Positions 25,325 through 35,524 of a stretch of 64,000 nucleotides of DNA are shown piece after piece (the stretch's first letter is position 1; each line of letters starts with the position of its first letter). The notes under the pieces are model-generated. The model was not told the origin of the DNA. It made no database searches and saw only the letters and a list, made by a program, of their open reading frames with translations. This DNA comes from Dokdonella sp. (GTDB taxonomy: Bacteria; Pseudomonadota; Gammaproteobacteria; Xanthomonadales; Rhodanobacteraceae), in contig NZ_JBDSWZ010000079.1 of assembly GCF_039926425.1 (NCBI RefSeq), positions 82 through 64,081 of the forward strand, read 5' to 3'. The position numbers and the translations under genes are program-made.

Positions 25325-26781
25325 AGTTCAACGCGGCATTCGCCCAGCGCTGGACCAAGCTCGGTCCGCAGTTCCTGCCGTTCGCCGATGCGGCGACGCC
25401 GGAGCTGCCACTGAAGCGCTTGCTGCGCCTGTCGCTGTTTCAGGTGTCGGTCGGGATGGCCATCGCACTGCTGGTCGGTACGCTCAACCGAGTGATGATC
25501 GTCGAGCTGCAGGTGTCGGCCAGCCTTGTCGGCCTGATGATTGCGCTGCCACTGGTGTTCGCGCCATTCCGGGCGATCATCGGCTTTCGCTCGGACACGC
25601 ATCGCTCGGTGCTGGGCTGGCGGCGGGTGCCATACATCTGGTTCGGCTCGCTGCTGCAATTCGGCGGCCTCGCCATCATGCCGTTCGCGCTGATCGTGCT
25701 GTCCGGAGACACGAACGGCCCTGTCGTTTACGGCGAAATCGCGGCGGCATTCGCGTTCCTCCTGATCGGCGCAGGGCTGCACACCACGCAGACTGTCGGC
25801 CTCGCACTCGCGACGGATCTCGCACCGGACGCGTCGCGACCGAAAGTGGTCGCGCTGATGTGCACGATGCTGCTGCTCGGCGTCGCCTTCAGCTCGGTGA
25901 TCTTCGGTTTGTTGCTGCATGACTTCAGCCAGCTGCGCCTGATCAAGGTCGTGCAAGGGACTGCGGTGGTGACGATGATGCTCAACATCGCCGCGCTGTG
26001 GAAACAGGAAGTGCGCGACCCCGCGCTCACGTCGCCGGATCGCGAACTTCCTTCATTCAGGGAATCGTGGCGCGAACTGCGCACCGACGATCTCGCGGTG
26101 CGACGACTCATCGCGCTGGGCATCGGCACGTTCGCATTCGGCATGCAGGACATCTTGCTGGAGCCGTATGGCGGTGAGGTGCTGAAGCTGTCGGTGGCGG
26201 CGACCACATTGCTCACCGCGATCCTCGCCGCAACCGGGCTCACGGGTTTCGTGATGGCCGCGCGTGCGATCGGCCGCGGCTTCGATGCCTACCGCATTGC
26301 CTGCCTCGGAACCCTCTCCGGCCTTGTCGGCATGACCGGCGTGGTGTTTTCAGCCCCGCTCCATTCCGTGCTGCTGTTCGCCATCGGCGTCGGCGGCATC
26401 GGTTTCGGCAGCGGCATGTTCGCGCACAGCACGCTGACCGTTGCGATGAAACTCGCGCCGAAAGGTCAGGTCGGCCTCGCAATCGGCATCTGGGGCGCAG
26501 TGCAGGCGACCTCGTCAGGCGTGGCCATCGCAATCAGTGGAGTCCTGCGGGACTCGATCAACAGCATCGCGCGCACCGGGGAGCTCGGCGTCGCGCTGAG
26601 CGGTCCGGCTACCGGATATGGCGCGGTCTACAATCTCGAGATCATTCTTCTTTTCGCGACTCTCATCGCGATCGGTCCGCTGGTGCGCCTCTCGCGCCAC
26701 GATGCACCGCTTTCGTTGTCCGCCGGCACGGTTCTGCCGGATTTCCAACTCAGTACGCAAAGCCGGGAGCTGGTCCCATGA
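25321..26781 (+). CDS. lhaA: LH1 assembly protein LhaA (PucC-like MFS)
   Basis: FLPFADAATPELPLKRLLRLSLFQ, GTLNRVMIVEL and SVLGWRRVPY motifs; lies between bchM and puhA. Confidence 0.93.
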   Translation: MKFNAAFAQRWTKLGPQFLPFADAATPELPLKRLLRLSLFQVSVGMAIALLVGTLNRVMIVELQVSASLVGLMIALPLVFAPFRAIIGFRSDTHRSVLGWRRVPYIWFGSLLQFGGLAIMPFALIVLSGDTNGPVVYGEIAAAFAFLLIGAGLHTTQTVGLALATDLAPDASRPKVVALMCTMLLLGVAFSSVIFGLLLHDFSQLRLIKVVQGTAVVTMMLNIAALWKQEVRDPALTSPDRELPSFRESWRELRTDDLAVRRLIALGIGTFAFGMQDILLEPYGGEVLKLSVAATTLLTAILAATGLTGFVMAARAIGRGFDAYRIACLGTLSGLVGMTGVVFSAPLHSVLLFAIGVGGIGFGSGMFAHSTLTVAMKLAPKGQVGLAIGIWGAVQATSSGVAIAISGVLRDSINSIARTGELGVALSGPATGYGAVYNLEIILLFATLIAIGPLVRLSRHDAPLSLSAGTVLPDFQLSTQSRELVP

Positions 26782-27551
26782 ATCAAGGCGCCATTACGTC
26801 ATCGATCGACATCGCACAGGTCACCCTGTACCTCTTCTGGTTCTTTTTTGCCGGGCTTCTCTATTACCTGCGGCGCGAGGACAAGCGCGAGGGCTATCCG
26901 CTGGAGGAGGCGAACCCCGGTTCGCGCAAATCCATCGACGGATTCCCGGGGCGACCGACGCAGAAGATTTTCACCCTTCCTCACGGCGGTACGCGGATTC
27001 GGCCGGAGATCGGACCCGATGACGCGAACAAGTCGCTCGATACCGCACCGACAGCATGGTGGACATCGGCGCCGATCGATCCGACCGGCAATCCGATGCT
27101 CGCAGGGGTAGGGCCCGGCGCGTGGGCAGACCGCCCGGACCATGCGGAACTCACCGTCGAAGGACTTCCGAAGATCGTCCCTCTGCGAGCGGATGCGGCC
27201 TATTCGCTTGATCGACGCGATCCGGACCCGCGCGGCAACCCGGTACTTGGAGCCGATGGCGCTGTCGGCGGCACGATCGTCGACATCTGGGTCGACCGTT
27301 CCGAACGGCTGTTCCGCTATCTGGAAGTCGAGGTGGCCGGCGGGCGACACGTGCTGCTGCCGGTGAATTTCACCAAGATCACCAACCGTGGCACGGTCAA
27401 CGTGCGTTCGATCCTCGGCAGTCATTTCACCGACGTGCCGGGCCTGCGCAATCCGGAGCAGGTGACGATGCTGGAGGAGGAGAAAATCATGGCGTACTAC
27501 GGCGCGGGAACACTGTACGCAAAGCCGTCGCGCCTGGGACCTCTGCTATGA
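26778..27551 (+). CDS. puhA: Photosynthetic reaction centre H subunit
   Basis: GAITSSIDIAQVTLYLFWFFFAGLLYYLRREDKREGYPL, GNPMLAGVGP and EEEKIMAYYGAG motifs. Confidence 0.96.
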   Translation: MNQGAITSSIDIAQVTLYLFWFFFAGLLYYLRREDKREGYPLEEANPGSRKSIDGFPGRPTQKIFTLPHGGTRIRPEIGPDDANKSLDTAPTAWWTSAPIDPTGNPMLAGVGPGAWADRPDHAELTVEGLPKIVPLRADAAYSLDRRDPDPRGNPVLGADGAVGGTIVDIWVDRSERLFRYLEVEVAGGRHVLLPVNFTKITNRGTVNVRSILGSHFTDVPGLRNPEQVTMLEEEKIMAYYGAGTLYAKPSRLGPLL

Positions 27552-28216
27552 CGCACGAATCCGCGACCACAGTGAAGGAATTGCCGGAGGCACTGCCGCC
27601 GGGTGAGCACATCCTCTGGCAAGGTCGCCCCGAGTGGCGATCCCTGTATCGGCGCGCATACCACGGTCGAACGCTGGCGATCTATTTCGCTGTGCTGCTG
27701 GCATTGCGCGGCGCCACGGTTCTCTGGTTCGGCGGCACCGTCGGTGCGGCGGCGATCGCGATCCTCTGGTTGTTGCCAGCGGCCTTGTTCTCGCTTGGCG
27801 TTCTCGCCGTGCTCGCATGGCTGAGTGCGCGCGCGACCTGGTACACGATCACTGATCGTCGTGTGTGCATGCGGATTGGCGTTGTCCTCGAGATCACCTT
27901 CAACTTCCCGTTCCAGGTCATCGATGCGGCGGGCTTGCACCAGTATCCCGATGGCAGCGGAGACATCCCGCTGATGTTCATGGACGGTGAGCAGATCGCC
28001 TATGCGCACCTGTGGCCGCATGCGCGGCCATGGCGCCTTCGCAGGACCGAACCAATGATGCGTTGCGTTCCCGATGCCGCAAAGGTCGCCGAACTTCTCG
28101 CGGGTGCGATTCGCACGGCGATCAGTCCAGAAGCGCGCTCTTTCCGCGTGGCCTTCGATCACGCCAATCTGGATATCGACGCGCCCTCCGCCAACGCAAC
28201 CGCCAGCGCGGCTTGA
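27548..28216 (+). CDS. puhB: Photosynthetic complex assembly protein PuhB
   Basis: LPEALPPGEHILWQGRP, YTITDRRV and HLWPHARPW motifs. Confidence 0.93.
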   Translation: MTHESATTVKELPEALPPGEHILWQGRPEWRSLYRRAYHGRTLAIYFAVLLALRGATVLWFGGTVGAAAIAILWLLPAALFSLGVLAVLAWLSARATWYTITDRRVCMRIGVVLEITFNFPFQVIDAAGLHQYPDGSGDIPLMFMDGEQIAYAHLWPHARPWRLRRTEPMMRCVPDAAKVAELLAGAIRTAISPEARSFRVAFDHANLDIDAPSANATASAA

Positions 28217-28230
28217 CCTGCGGAGTTTTC

Positions 28231-28776
28231 ATGAGCGAACACGGCCACAACGCACAATTCCCGAAGCTGCCGCTGTACACGGCAGCCGCGCTGATCGTTA
28301 CGACGCTGATACTGGTGACCATCACCCGGCTCACCGGTTTCGGCGATCTTCGGACACCGCAGACAGCCATCGTCAGCGAACGCGACCTGCGTTTTCAGGA
28401 CATGCAGGATGGAGGCATCACCGTCATCGATGCGTCCACCCAGCAGGTGGTCGAACAGGTAGCGCCGGGAACCAATGGATTTCTTCGGGGCACGCTGCGC
28501 GGACTCGCACGCGAGCGGAAGCGCGAGGGAATCGGCCCGGACATCGCGTTCCGGCTCACCGGCCGCAGCGACGGCCGATTGTTGCTCGAAGATCCTGCAA
28601 CCAGACGCCTGATCGATCTCGGCTCTTTTGGCCCGACCAATGCGGCAGTCTTTGCTCGCTTGTTGCTCGAACAGCCGAAGGGCACCGCTCCCGTGACGGC
28701 CACTGCGCCCGCGATGCCCGGGACGCCGCTCGCGTCGCTTGGAGCGGATGCGGCCGGCGTTGCTGGCCAACCTTGA
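28231..28776 (+). CDS. puhC: Photosynthetic complex assembly protein PuhC
   Basis: [21 protein letters not shown] and [14 protein letters not shown] motifs. Confidence 0.92.
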   Translation: MSEHGHNAQFPKLPLYTAAALIVTTLILVTITRLTGFGDLRTPQTAIVSERDLRFQDMQDGGITVIDASTQQVVEQVAPGTNGFLRGTLRGLARERKREGIGPDIAFRLTGRSDGRLLLEDPATRRLIDLGSFGPTNAAVFARLLLEQPKGTAPVTATAPAMPGTPLASLGADAAGVAGQP

Positions 28777-28801
28777 ACCATCATCCCGAGGAGAGTCCGC
28801 C

Positions 28802-29866
28802 ATGACCGCCACCGTCGCCGGACGCACGCCCAACGAATCCACCCAGCGCGCGCAACAGGACACCCTGCTGTCGCCGCGTTTCTACACGACCGATTTCGCG
28901 GCGATGGATCGCATCGACGTCAGTGCGGTCCGCGGCCAGTGGGATTCGCTGATCGCCGAATTCGAAGCCGACGTCAACGCGGTGCATTTCCAGCGCCCGG
29001 CCAATCTCGACAAGGATTATTCGCACCTTCCCGAAGGCCTCTACCAGGAATTCGTCGACTTCATGATCAGCTCGGTGACCGCCGAGTTTTCCGGCTGCGT
29101 GCTGTACACGGACATCAAGAAGAAGACCACCAATCCTGATATCCAGGCGCTGTTCGGGTACATGGCCCGTGATGAAGCGCGCCATGCGGGTTTCATCAAC
29201 CAGTGGTTGAAGGACTTCGGCATCGCCGTCGATCTCGGCTTCCTGACGCGCGCTAAGAAATACAAGTACTTCAGCCCGAAATTCATCTTCTACGCAACAT
29301 ACCTGTCGGAGAAGATCGGCTACGCACGCTACATCACGATCTTCCGTCAGATCGAAAAGCATCCGGAGTTGCGCTTCCACCCGATCTTCCAGTGGTTCGA
29401 TCGGTGGTGCAACGATGAATTCCGCCACGGTGAAGCATTTGCGCTGCTGATGCGCGCAAACCCGAAGCTGCTCGGCGGCGTGAACAAGTTGTGGATCCGC
29501 TTCTTCCTTCTCGCAGTGTTCGCGACGATGTACGTGCGCGACCACGAGCGCGTCGAGTTGTACAAGGCGTTCGACATGGACCCGACCGATTACGATTTCA
29601 CCGTCTTCCGCATCACCAGCGAGATTTCGCGACAGGTGTTTCCGCTCACGGTCAACATCGATGATCCGCGCTTTCGCGCATGCCTCGACAGGCTGCTCAA
29701 GATCAACCAGCAATATGCCGCAGCCAAGGCGGCCGGTGGCTTCCTCAACAAGCTCAAGGGCGTCACGCTCGCCGCGCGCGCCGCGCTCACGTTCGGACGC
29801 CTGTATCTCCTGCCCACGCATTCCCACGCGTTGCCGACGGACGTGCGCCTGGCGCCGGCCTGGTGA
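28802..29866 (+). CDS. acsF: Aerobic Mg-protoporphyrin IX monomethyl ester cyclase
   Basis: [11 protein letters not shown]; diiron ligands [20 protein letters not shown] and DEFRHGE. Confidence 0.96.
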   Translation: MTATVAGRTPNESTQRAQQDTLLSPRFYTTDFAAMDRIDVSAVRGQWDSLIAEFEADVNAVHFQRPANLDKDYSHLPEGLYQEFVDFMISSVTAEFSGCVLYTDIKKKTTNPDIQALFGYMARDEARHAGFINQWLKDFGIAVDLGFLTRAKKYKYFSPKFIFYATYLSEKIGYARYITIFRQIEKHPELRFHPIFQWFDRWCNDEFRHGEAFALLMRANPKLLGGVNKLWIRFFLLAVFATMYVRDHERVELYKAFDMDPTDYDFTVFRITSEISRQVFPLTVNIDDPRFRACLDRLLKINQQYAAAKAAGGFLNKLKGVTLAARAALTFGRLYLLPTHSHALPTDVRLAPAW

Positions 29867-30753
29867 GCGCGCCCGTGTCGCTATCGAACCATGTGGCGCC
29901 GATCGCGTTCACGCTGTTCCTGTGGTGGTTCAGCACGGGGGCGATCCTGTACCTCGACGGATTGCGCCCACGGACGTTCCGCTGGAGTCTCGGAGCCGCA
30001 AGTGTGGTGGCACTCGGAGCGCTGTACGCGTTACGGGTAACGTCCGAGGACACGAGTGCCAGCGCGATGTATTGCGCCTTCACCTGCACGATCCTGATCT
30101 GGGGCTGGGTGGAAATGGCGTTCCTGATGGGATTCGTCACCGGCCCACGCACGAGCCCATGCCCCGCCGGTGCACGCGGTTGGCGACGTGCCGGATTCGC
30201 CTTTGAAACCATCGCATACCATGAAATCGCGCTGCTGATTGCCGGCGTGATTATTGCCATCATCACGTGGGAAGCGCCGAATCTTCTCGGCCTGCACAGC
30301 TTTGCGGTGTTATGGATTTCGCGGCAGAGCACAAAACTCAACTTGTTCCTCGGAGTACGCAATCTCAGCGAGGAATTCCTGCCCACCCATCTGCGTTATC
30401 TCGAATCGTATTTCACACGCAGCCCGATGAACCTGCTGTTCCCGCTTTCGGTAAGTGCCGGAACCTGCGGCGCCGCGTTGCTGTGGAATGCGGCGCTCGC
30501 GGACGGCATCGCTGCGTCGACGTCGATCTCGTTGAGCTTTCTTGCAACGCTGCTCACTCTGGCCTTGCTGGAGCACTGGTTCTTGGTGGCACCGATCAAC
30601 GTGTCGGCGTTGTGGAACTGGAGTCTCGGCAATCGGGTTTCCCAGGACGTGACCACCGATCCCACGTACAAGCCGGATTCCAGCATGCGGGTGACGACGG
30701 CGCTGTCGGACGAAAGCAGTGCGCAAACCGAGCTGTGCCATTCGAGGCTGTAA
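29863..30753 (+). CDS. puhE: Photosynthetic complex assembly protein PuhE (DUF3623)
   Basis: [18 protein letters not shown] and LALLEHWFL motifs; GTG overlaps the acsF stop. Confidence 0.9.
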   Translation: MSAPVSLSNHVAPIAFTLFLWWFSTGAILYLDGLRPRTFRWSLGAASVVALGALYALRVTSEDTSASAMYCAFTCTILIWGWVEMAFLMGFVTGPRTSPCPAGARGWRRAGFAFETIAYHEIALLIAGVIIAIITWEAPNLLGLHSFAVLWISRQSTKLNLFLGVRNLSEEFLPTHLRYLESYFTRSPMNLLFPLSVSAGTCGAALLWNAALADGIAASTSISLSFLATLLTLALLEHWFLVAPINVSALWNWSLGNRVSQDVTTDPTYKPDSSMRVTTALSDESSAQTELCHSRL

Positions 30754-31285
30754 ATCGGGCAGCACGACGACGCGACTGCGCGAGCTTTCCTGCGAGGAAT
30801 GAGGTTTGGCCACCTCGGCTGAGATCGTCCTGACCGGAATTTGAATACGTTGCGTGCAGTTCATCGAACAGCGCACATTCTGTCTGACCATGTCGTCATT
30901 GCATTCGAGCAAGGAACGTATCGCGCAGTCGAGTCGTGCTCGTGTGCTTCAACGCTGTTTCTGGATGTTTGAAGGCGACAACAGCTTGCTGCTCGAGAGT
31001 CGTGCATCCGTTGTCCCCCACGTGTCCACCGCAATCGCTTGCCTCATCGACTATGGTCCGGAACGGATCCGGCCAAGCGCGACGTGCTCTCGTTCGTACC
31101 CACGCGTGAACTTCCCATTTGTCGACGCTTCGTGCGCTCTGTCGACCGTATCGCGCCGGCGTTGCGGACGCACGCGCTTGAATCTGGCGTCCCTTTTCCC
31201 GCTTGTCAAAGACGCGACGTTCCTGCGCCCTCGCAGTCCGATCCCGTTCCCGGTATTCCATGCAAGGTCGTCGAGGTCAAATCGT

Positions 31286-32845
31286 ATGAAAACCCGATCA
31301 CATGTCCTGACCCATACGCTGGCAAGCCTCTTGGGGCTAGCGAGTACATGCTCGGCATTGGCCGCCCCGACGGCGTCCGCATCGGCGCTCATCGAGAAAG
31401 GACGGTATCTCGCGCAAGCCGGAGATTGCGTGGCCTGCCACACGAAGAAGGGGGGTGCGCCATTGGCCGGGGGTCGCGCGCTCGACACACCGTTCGGGCC
31501 GCTCATCAGTCCCAATATCACGCCCGACAAGGATACCGGCATCGGCAATTGGTCGGACGACGATTTCTACCGCCTCATGCACGAGGGCATCGGCAAGCAA
31601 GGGGAATATATTTATCCGGTGATGCCATTTCCCTGGTACACGATCGTCACGCGCGACGATGCGCTCGCCATCAAGGCGTATCTTTTTTCCATACCTCCGG
31701 TCCATTCCCCGCGTCCGGAGAACACGCTGTCGTTTCCTTTCAGTATCCGCAGTTCCCTGCTCGCCTGGCGCCAGGCGTTCTTCAAGCCGACTGATTTCCA
31801 GGGAGATCCGCAGCAGAGCGAGCAGGTCAATCGCGGTTCGTATCTGGTCAACGGCCTCGCGCATTGCGGCGAATGCCACAACGCGCGGCCGATCGCTGGC
31901 ACGTCGCGCTGGCGCGAGCCTCTGGCAGGTGGAACGATCCAGAACTGGTATGCGCCAAATATTTCCTCGGACATGCGCAGCGGCATTGGTGCGTGGTCGA
32001 ACGGCGATCTGGTTTCCTTCCTGAAGACGGGCACGGCACCTGGAAAAGGCGTCGCGGTTGGGCCAATGGCAGAGACGGTCCACAGCCTTTCGCATCTGAC
32101 AGACGGGGATCTCGCGGCGATCGCGGCGTATCTGAAAACCACACCACCGGTCGCTGAAACGGCTCAGCAGTCCGACCCCGCGCAACCGTTCGAGCGCGGT
32201 TCACGGACCTATCTGGATCATTGTGCGTCGTGCCACGGGGTGGACGGCGAAGGACTCGCGGGGGTCGTCCCAGCGCTCAAGGACAATGGCGCTGTTCTCG
32301 CCGCCGGCCCGCAGAACGTGATCAGCGTGGTGCTCGGCGGACTGCAGGCGAATGGAACCCTCGCCCCGATGCCGGCGATCGGCTCCGCCATGAGCGACGG
32401 CGACGTTGCAGACGTCACCAACTACGTGCGCCAGGCCTGGTCGCAGAAAGCTCCGGCAACAGCGACCAACGCGATGGCGTTCGATTTGCGAGCCCAGGTC
32501 GACGGTCTACTCAATGCCGCACCCCGCACAGGCTGCCCACCCGTCGCAAACGCAGAACTCGTGAAGGCACTCGGCACCGCCACCTACAGGACACAATTGT
32601 CGGCGGTCACGGATGCCGGTATGTACCAACAAACCGGTCAGCTCGTCGCGCAGTTGAGGAAATCGAACAGAGCGGTACCTGATGCAGACCTCATCAACGG
32701 ATTGACAGCGGCCTACTGCCCGATCGTCCGCGCAGACCCCGAGCTCGACCAGAATGCGAAAGCGCTCAAAATCGGCCGGTTTGCGAACTATGTCTATATG
32801 GCAGTTGCCGGGGGTCCGGAAGCGAAGATGCATGCGAAAAAGTGA
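31286..32845 (+). CDS. Periplasmic triheme cytochrome c (gluconate/alcohol dehydrogenase cytochrome-subunit family) with C-terminal extension
   Basis: Signal peptide; CVACH, CGECH and CASCH heme motifs; GRYLAQAGDC, SPNITPD and APNIS family motifs. Confidence 0.88.
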   Translation: MKTRSHVLTHTLASLLGLASTCSALAAPTASASALIEKGRYLAQAGDCVACHTKKGGAPLAGGRALDTPFGPLISPNITPDKDTGIGNWSDDDFYRLMHEGIGKQGEYIYPVMPFPWYTIVTRDDALAIKAYLFSIPPVHSPRPENTLSFPFSIRSSLLAWRQAFFKPTDFQGDPQQSEQVNRGSYLVNGLAHCGECHNARPIAGTSRWREPLAGGTIQNWYAPNISSDMRSGIGAWSNGDLVSFLKTGTAPGKGVAVGPMAETVHSLSHLTDGDLAAIAAYLKTTPPVAETAQQSDPAQPFERGSRTYLDHCASCHGVDGEGLAGVVPALKDNGAVLAAGPQNVISVVLGGLQANGTLAPMPAIGSAMSDGDVADVTNYVRQAWSQKAPATATNAMAFDLRAQVDGLLNAAPRTGCPPVANAELVKALGTATYRTQLSAVTDAGMYQQTGQLVAQLRKSNRAVPDADLINGLTAAYCPIVRADPELDQNAKALKIGRFANYVYMAVAGGPEAKMHAKK

Positions 32846-32951
32846 TCCGCCTCCACAGCCCTGTAGGTTGCAGCAATGGTGCTTTCCGTCTTCGGGCTGA
32901 AGGGCGATCCTGGCGGAATCGGCGAAACGCCGGATGACCGTCGAAACCCGA

Positions 32952-34427
32952 TCAAAGCCCGCCGGCAGCCTGTGCCACGGCGCGAAAAAGCGCTCTTCCC
33001 TTGTTCATCGTCTCTTCCCACTCGGTCGTCGGATCCGAATCGTAGACGACACCGCCGCCAGCCTGAACGTATAGACGGCCGTCCTGGATCACCGCGGTGC
33101 GGATCGCGATCGCGGTGTCGGCGTCGCCCCACCAGCCGATGTAGCCGATCGCTCCGGCATAGATGTTGCGCTTGTGCGGCTCCAGCTGCTGGATGATCTC
33201 GATCGCGCGGATCTTCGGCGCGCCACTCACCGTTCCAGCGGGGAATGTCGCCTTCAGCACGTCCATGTAGGAGAGCCCGTCGCGCAGCTCACCTTCGACC
33301 TGGCTGACGATGTGCATCACGTGTGAATACCGTTCGATGATGAAACTTTCGGTGAGCTTCACGCTGCCAGTCTTGCTCACGCGGCCGACGTCGTTGCGAC
33401 CGAGGTCGATCAGCATCAGGTGCTCGGCGCGCTCCTTCGCATCGCCGAGCAGTTCCTGCTCGAGCGCGAGATCCTCTTCCGGCGTTTTTCCGCGCGGACG
33501 CGTTCCCGCGATCGGCCGCACCACGACTTTGCCTTCTTTCAGGCGGACGAGAATCTCGGGCGACGAGCCGACGATCTGGGTCTTGCCGAGGTCGACAAAG
33601 TACATGTACGGAGACGGATTGAGCGCGCGCAGTGCCCGGTACACGTCGACCGGTCGCGCGCGGAATGCGACGGACAGACGCTGCGATGGAACGACCTGGA
33701 AAATGTCCCCGGCGCGAATGTATTCCTTCGCCTTCTCGACCAGCGCCTCGTATTCCGCGCGCGTGAAACTCGATTCGAAATCGGTCTCCTCCAGCGCCTT
33801 CGGATCGGGCACGTCCGGATAGCCGGAGCCGGAATGACGCAACCGGAACGCCAGTTCATCGAGCCGACGACGGGCCCGCGCAAGCGCCTGCGGCTGCGCC
33901 GGATCGGCGTGCACGATCAGGTACAGCCGTCCCTTGAGGTTGTCGAAGACGGCGACCTCTTCGCTCAGCATCAGCAGCGCATCTGGCGTGCCGAGTTCGT
34001 CGCGCTGGTCGTCGCGCGCCAGGCGCGGCTCGATCCAGCCCACGGTCTCGAAACCGAAGTGGCCGACCAGCCCGCCGCTGAAGGCCGGCAGCCCGGGCAG
34101 CTGCGGAACCTTGAACGCCGTGCGCAGGCGCTCGATTTCCGCAAGCGGATCGGCGAGCGTGCGCGTTTCGACCACCTCGCCGAGATCCTCGACGGTCAGC
34201 GTGTTTCCGCGCAGCACGTAGACGCGCCGGCACGGCAGGCCAATGATCGAATGCCGGCCCCACATCGCGCCGCCCTCGACCGATTCGAACAGGTACGCAT
34301 ACGGCGCGTCGGCGAGCTTGAGATACACCGACAACGGCGTGTCGAGGTCGGACAGCACCTCGCGCACCACCGGAATGCGGTTGTAGCCCTGCGCGGCGAG
34401 CGCGTTGAAGTCGTCCTGGGAAATCAT
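32952..34427 (-). CDS. trpE: Anthranilate synthase component I
   Basis: DLDTPLSVY, LFESVEGG, NPSPYMY, RPIAGT, AEHLMLIDLGRND and TFPAGTVSGAPK motifs. Confidence 0.97.
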   Translation of the reverse strand: MISQDDFNALAAQGYNRIPVVREVLSDLDTPLSVYLKLADAPYAYLFESVEGGAMWGRHSIIGLPCRRVYVLRGNTLTVEDLGEVVETRTLADPLAEIERLRTAFKVPQLPGLPAFSGGLVGHFGFETVGWIEPRLARDDQRDELGTPDALLMLSEEVAVFDNLKGRLYLIVHADPAQPQALARARRRLDELAFRLRHSGSGYPDVPDPKALEETDFESSFTRAEYEALVEKAKEYIRAGDIFQVVPSQRLSVAFRARPVDVYRALRALNPSPYMYFVDLGKTQIVGSSPEILVRLKEGKVVVRPIAGTRPRGKTPEEDLALEQELLGDAKERAEHLMLIDLGRNDVGRVSKTGSVKLTESFIIERYSHVMHIVSQVEGELRDGLSYMDVLKATFPAGTVSGAPKIRAIEIIQQLEPHKRNIYAGAIGYIGWWGDADTAIAIRTAVIQDGRLYVQAGGGVVYDSDPTTEWEETMNKGRALFRAVAQAAGGL

Positions 34428-34533
34428 CAATGAGCGGTGTGCGGGACAAGGCCGGCGACGATAGCAAGCTTGCGTGGCCTGCGTCTGCCGCGAACCATCG
34501 TCCGCATGCCGGGCAAACCGGCATCGGCATCGG

Positions 34534-35250
34534 TCAGGGTCTTGGCAAGCCCTCGCCACCGTCGATCCGCGACGTCGACGCATGCGTCCTGACCTCATCA
34601 GGCACCGCGAGTGCGGTGATCTTGCCAACCGTGACTGTGCCGGTGAGCTGCCCGATGAAAGCCGCAAATTGCGCATCGCGCCTCTTGTCGAAAACCTCTC
34701 CGGGCACCGACGCGCCACCGCCGGACATCTCGTAGACCTGCAAGTTGCCTTTCCAATGGCCGTGGCCGGTCGAGGTGTAGAGATCGGCCTCATAGCGCGC
34801 GATGGCGCGGTCCAGGGTCACCTTGTTGCCATACTTCGCATCGAGGGTCTGCCATAGCGCATCGGCTTCGGCACGTTGCGGGTCTGTCAGCTCGTCGCTG
34901 GCAGCCTTCAGCGCGTTGTCCACCAGATCACCGTGCGTTTCTGCCGCGATCCGGAACCACGCGACGCCCTGGACCTTGTCGACCGGTACGCCGATGCCGT
35001 TGAACAGCATCACGGCTGCGTTGTATTGCGCGAGCTTGTTGCCCCAGAAGCCGGAGAGCTGGAACATTTCCAGCGCAGCGCGGTAATCCTTGTTCTTGAG
35101 GTACCACTGCGCCTTGTGGTCGAAGTACGTACCCGGGAAAAAGCTGCTGGGTTCCTCCCAGAGCGCGGGGATCGAAGCCGCCGACAAGAGGCCCGTGCAT
35201 CCATACAAGAGAACGCCGAGCGTGAAGTGGAGCGGTCGGAAATTCGCCAT
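34534..35250 (-). CDS. Secreted Sel1-like repeat protein
   Basis: Signal peptide; AQYNAAVMLFNGIGVPVDKVQGVAWFRIAA Sel1 repeat. Confidence 0.8.
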   Translation of the reverse strand: MANFRPLHFTLGVLLYGCTGLLSAASIPALWEEPSSFFPGTYFDHKAQWYLKNKDYRAALEMFQLSGFWGNKLAQYNAAVMLFNGIGVPVDKVQGVAWFRIAAETHGDLVDNALKAASDELTDPQRAEADALWQTLDAKYGNKVTLDRAIARYEADLYTSTGHGHWKGNLQVYEMSGGGASVPGEVFDKRRDAQFAAFIGQLTGTVTVGKITALAVPDEVRTHASTSRIDGGEGLPRP

Positions 35251-35524
35251 GACGGTACTTCCTGCAGGTTCGGACGGAACATACGCGCTGCCCGATTCGC
35301 ATTGAAAACCCGCCGTCAAGGAAGGTCAAGTCCGACCGACTCGCTCGACCGCCAACCGCCATCAGGCTTTTTCCCTCGGCCAGCATCCTGCACGGTGCCG
35401 GGATGGAGGTGTCGTTGGAGGACATCTCGAGGGTCCGGTGGCCGGATGCCGCGGAGGGCCGAGCGCGGCAATTGACGTCATGGCGTGGGATGGCTGTACC
35501 GAATTCCGGATCGCCACGACGCAT

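Noticed and set aside
30854-31285. 144-aa N-terminal extension of the cytochrome c ORF
   Set aside because: It has no protein-like composition, and the signal peptide begins at ATG 31286.
34428-34533. Possible trp attenuator leader upstream of trpE
   Set aside because: No short ORF with tandem Trp codons and no terminator/antiterminator pair were found.
35251-35524. Possible riboswitch or sRNA upstream of the Sel1 gene
   Set aside because: No match by eye to known aptamer cores; an Rfam/Infernal scan would be needed.
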